NCBI RefSeq assembly: GCF_947568905.1
Contig: NC_079168.1
Coordinates: 15,810,001-15,874,000 of the forward strand
Source of the DNA: Ostrea edulis
Taxonomy: Eukaryota
Length of the DNA: 64,000 nt
Reading direction: 5' to 3'
The position numbers and the translations under genes were made by a program. This document shows positions 62,236 through 64,000 of this stretch, piece after piece; positions within the stretch are counted from its first letter, which is position 1, and each line of letters starts with the position of its first letter. The notes beneath the pieces are model-generated. The model saw only the letters and a program-made list of their open reading frames with translations. It had not been told where the DNA came from and did not search any database.

Positions 62236-62680
62236 CACACAGTACGCCTGGAAACAAGAGGGAAAGAAAACGGCATGGTTTGCGGATAAGCAGATGTGTT
62301 TGATGCATTGTAAACAACACAAAACGTCCACGCATCCTGTGTACTTGTACAAACGTATACTGATACCTCACGGATGGTCAGCCTTTATCATGAAGACCAA
62401 GTATCAAGAGTTTCGCTGGAAAGTCAAAGCCTTCTGGGGATTGATTGGACGACAAGACGAATCCGATTGGACCTTAAATGAGAGTCCTTGGTTTGACCAT
62501 TCCGAGGACTGTCTCCGACATTTCAAAGACATGATCAATGAAGGTTATGATGTAGCCGATTGCTGGGGAACCCGACACTATCTGGTGATGCGACGACGCT
62601 TAGTCCCGAGACGAACACTAGAGTTGGAAGACTCGGATGCGTTGATGTGGGGTGGTGGTGGCCGCGATCAAGAAGAATGA
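62228..62680 (+). CDS. Hypothetical Trp-rich protein (150 aa)
   Basis: Open ORF with good Kozak (caccATGG), packed between neighbours, followed by AATAAA at about 62723; no motif recognised. Confidence 0.65.
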   Translation: MANTQYAWKQEGKKTAWFADKQMCLMHCKQHKTSTHPVYLYKRILIPHGWSAFIMKTKYQEFRWKVKAFWGLIGRQDESDWTLNESPWFDHSEDCLRHFKDMINEGYDVADCWGTRHYLVMRRRLVPRRTLELEDSDALMWGGGGRDQEE

Positions 62681-62757
62681 CATGTAAAATTGTGTATTAA
62701 CATTATGTTGTATGTTGTTTCAAATAAAAAATTGTGAAAAAACAAAACGGTGTTGTG

Positions 62758-62793
62758 TATAAATAGAGAAGGAAACAGAGACAGGGGCTCATT
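62758..62793 (+). promoter_or_regulatory. TATA plus Inr promoter of the minor capsid gene
   Basis: TATAAAT (62758) and TCATT (62789), then gacatcATG. Confidence 0.6.
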
Positions 62794-62802
62794 TAAGACA
62801 TC

Positions 62803-63798
62803 ATGGCTGGAGGAGAAGGGTTTTACATGACTCTGTTGAGTGATGGGTCGATGGAATCGTTTCCGACGAATACGACTGCTCAATTTAAAACGTTATTGCC
62901 ACACACCATGGACTTAACGGATGGAGCATGGGAAGTCGGATTGACCGAAATGATGTACTCGGCCAACTTACAAAACGTATCGGATAGCGAGGCTTATGTG
63001 GACGTTCTCATTCCAGATCCGTATACGAAACATGTCCAAGATCCCAACACTTATAAATGGGAAAGATTTAAGACAGAGAATATGGGCAAAGTCACGATGG
63101 CCAGGTGTGAGGTGGTGGTCCCCTGGGATCTGACGCCATGGTCCCATCTCTTTGCGGGAGGGGATAGTTTATTTCCCTTCGATATCATTCGCATTCACTT
63201 CCGACCCGGAGCTTATACACAACCTTTGGCGTTAATCAATGAAATCAACGCAGCCTTAAGGAGAACCCTGTGGAAAGTATGGAGTGAGTTAGGGAATCCT
63301 AACGACGAGGGGAACAACCAGATCTTAGTGTATCACCCCGAGTACGATCGTGTCGAGTATCAGTTTAATGGGAAAGCACTGAGAACCACCCCCATGTGCA
63401 TTCGTTTCCCTACACCCTTAGCGTACAAGCTAGGTCTGGATAGTGACAAAATGATCCTGGGCGATGAAACCATGACGAAATGGATCAACGTGAATTACTT
63501 GGGGAACACGACCATGGATGTCTACGACAATCTGAAAGCCATGTATGTGTATTGTGACATTGTGGATCCTCAAGTGGTGGGCACCAACAAATTGAAATTA
63601 TTGAGAGTCGTCCCCTGTACGGGTCAATACGACGATCGACAACAAGCCCGTTGGGAACCGATTCGAGCCGAATATTTGAAACTGAGTAAGAAATATTTCG
63701 ATACCATTGAGGTACACATCATGAATTCTTTAGGGCGTCCTATGGGGTTTTTAAATGGGCGCTCCTTAGTCAAACTTCATTTCCGCAAAGTGTATTGA
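62803..63798 (+). CDS. Minor capsid protein (penton, single jelly roll; 331 aa)
   Basis: FYMTLLSDGSMESFPTNTTAQFKTLLP..WEVGLTE; MYVYCDIVDPQVVG..LLRVV; FDTIEVHI..G..LVKLHFR. Confidence 0.9.
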   Translation: MAGGEGFYMTLLSDGSMESFPTNTTAQFKTLLPHTMDLTDGAWEVGLTEMMYSANLQNVSDSEAYVDVLIPDPYTKHVQDPNTYKWERFKTENMGKVTMARCEVVVPWDLTPWSHLFAGGDSLFPFDIIRIHFRPGAYTQPLALINEINAALRRTLWKVWSELGNPNDEGNNQILVYHPEYDRVEYQFNGKALRTTPMCIRFPTPLAYKLGLDSDKMILGDETMTKWINVNYLGNTTMDVYDNLKAMYVYCDIVDPQVVGTNKLKLLRVVPCTGQYDDRQQARWEPIRAEYLKLSKKYFDTIEVHIMNSLGRPMGFLNGRSLVKLHFRKVY

Positions 63799-63801
63799 AA
63801 G

Positions 63802-63945
63802 ATGAAGTACCATCGAGGAGTCAGACGCCAGAAAGGACACGGAATCTGGTTTCTCATTCCGTGGATTGCCAATGCCATTGTGGGTCAAGCGGGCCAAGGA
63901 AAGAAGAGAAAGAGACGGCGTAAAAAGTATAAAAAGCGGGTGTAA
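63802..63945 (+). CDS. 47-aa basic micro-ORF (core/mu-like), absent from the ORF track
   Basis: MKYHRGVRRQKGHGIWFLIPWIANAIVGQAGQGKKRKRRRKKYKKRV*; starts 3 nt after the minor capsid stop. Confidence 0.7.
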   Translation: MKYHRGVRRQKGHGIWFLIPWIANAIVGQAGQGKKRKRRRKKYKKRV

Positions 63946-63972
63946 CCCCTAACGAAGTTCATTTACATCAAG

Positions 63973-64000
63973 ATGCACTACCATAAAGGTTTAATACGGC
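63973..64000 (+). CDS. Start of the next Polinton ORF (truncated by window end)
   Basis: MHYHKGLIR.. resembles MKYHRGVRR; preceded by TATAAAA (63928) and TCATT (63959). Confidence 0.5.

Larger units (their letters stand above)
53212..64000 (+). mobile_element. Polinton/Maverick (endogenous adinto-like virus), left part; runs off the window
   Basis: Starts AGTAGT after a host repeat; higher GC than flanks; intronless co-directional ORFs for pPolB, ATPase, RVE integrase and minor capsid protein. Predicted 6-bp TSD tccctc (53206-53211). Confidence 0.96.

Overview
Eukaryotic, AT-rich, repeat-dense DNA. The repeat families and gene content suggest a bivalve, probably an oyster (inference). From left to right: (1) three tandem 4-exon universal stress protein (USP) genes on the minus strand (94-19762) with identical intron phases and TE-filled introns; (2) an 11-12 exon minus-strand gene (about 24626-40961) encoding signal peptide - Ig x3 - Frizzled CRD - Ig x2 - S/T-rich 25-aa repeats - possible GPI tail, in which two exon/intron junctions have been tandemly amplified; (3) a TE graveyard (42-53 kb) with a hammerhead ribozyme motif, an RT-deleted CR1/L2-type LINE, a foldback element with an 8-bp TSD, nested Helentron-type non-autonomous elements (HINEs) and SINEs; (4) the left 10.8 kb of an apparently intact Polinton/Maverick endogenous virus starting at 53212 (5'-AGTAGT). 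Its genes are pPolB, a BIR+RING inhibitor of apoptosis, packaging ATPase, an SPKK/C2H2 basic protein, core-like proteins, integrase, a 2-TM protein, an orphan ORF, minor capsid protein and basic micro-ORFs. Most of its transcription units carry a TATA+Inr promoter at near-fixed spacing. All family assignments come from motif recognition by eye; no database searches were run.
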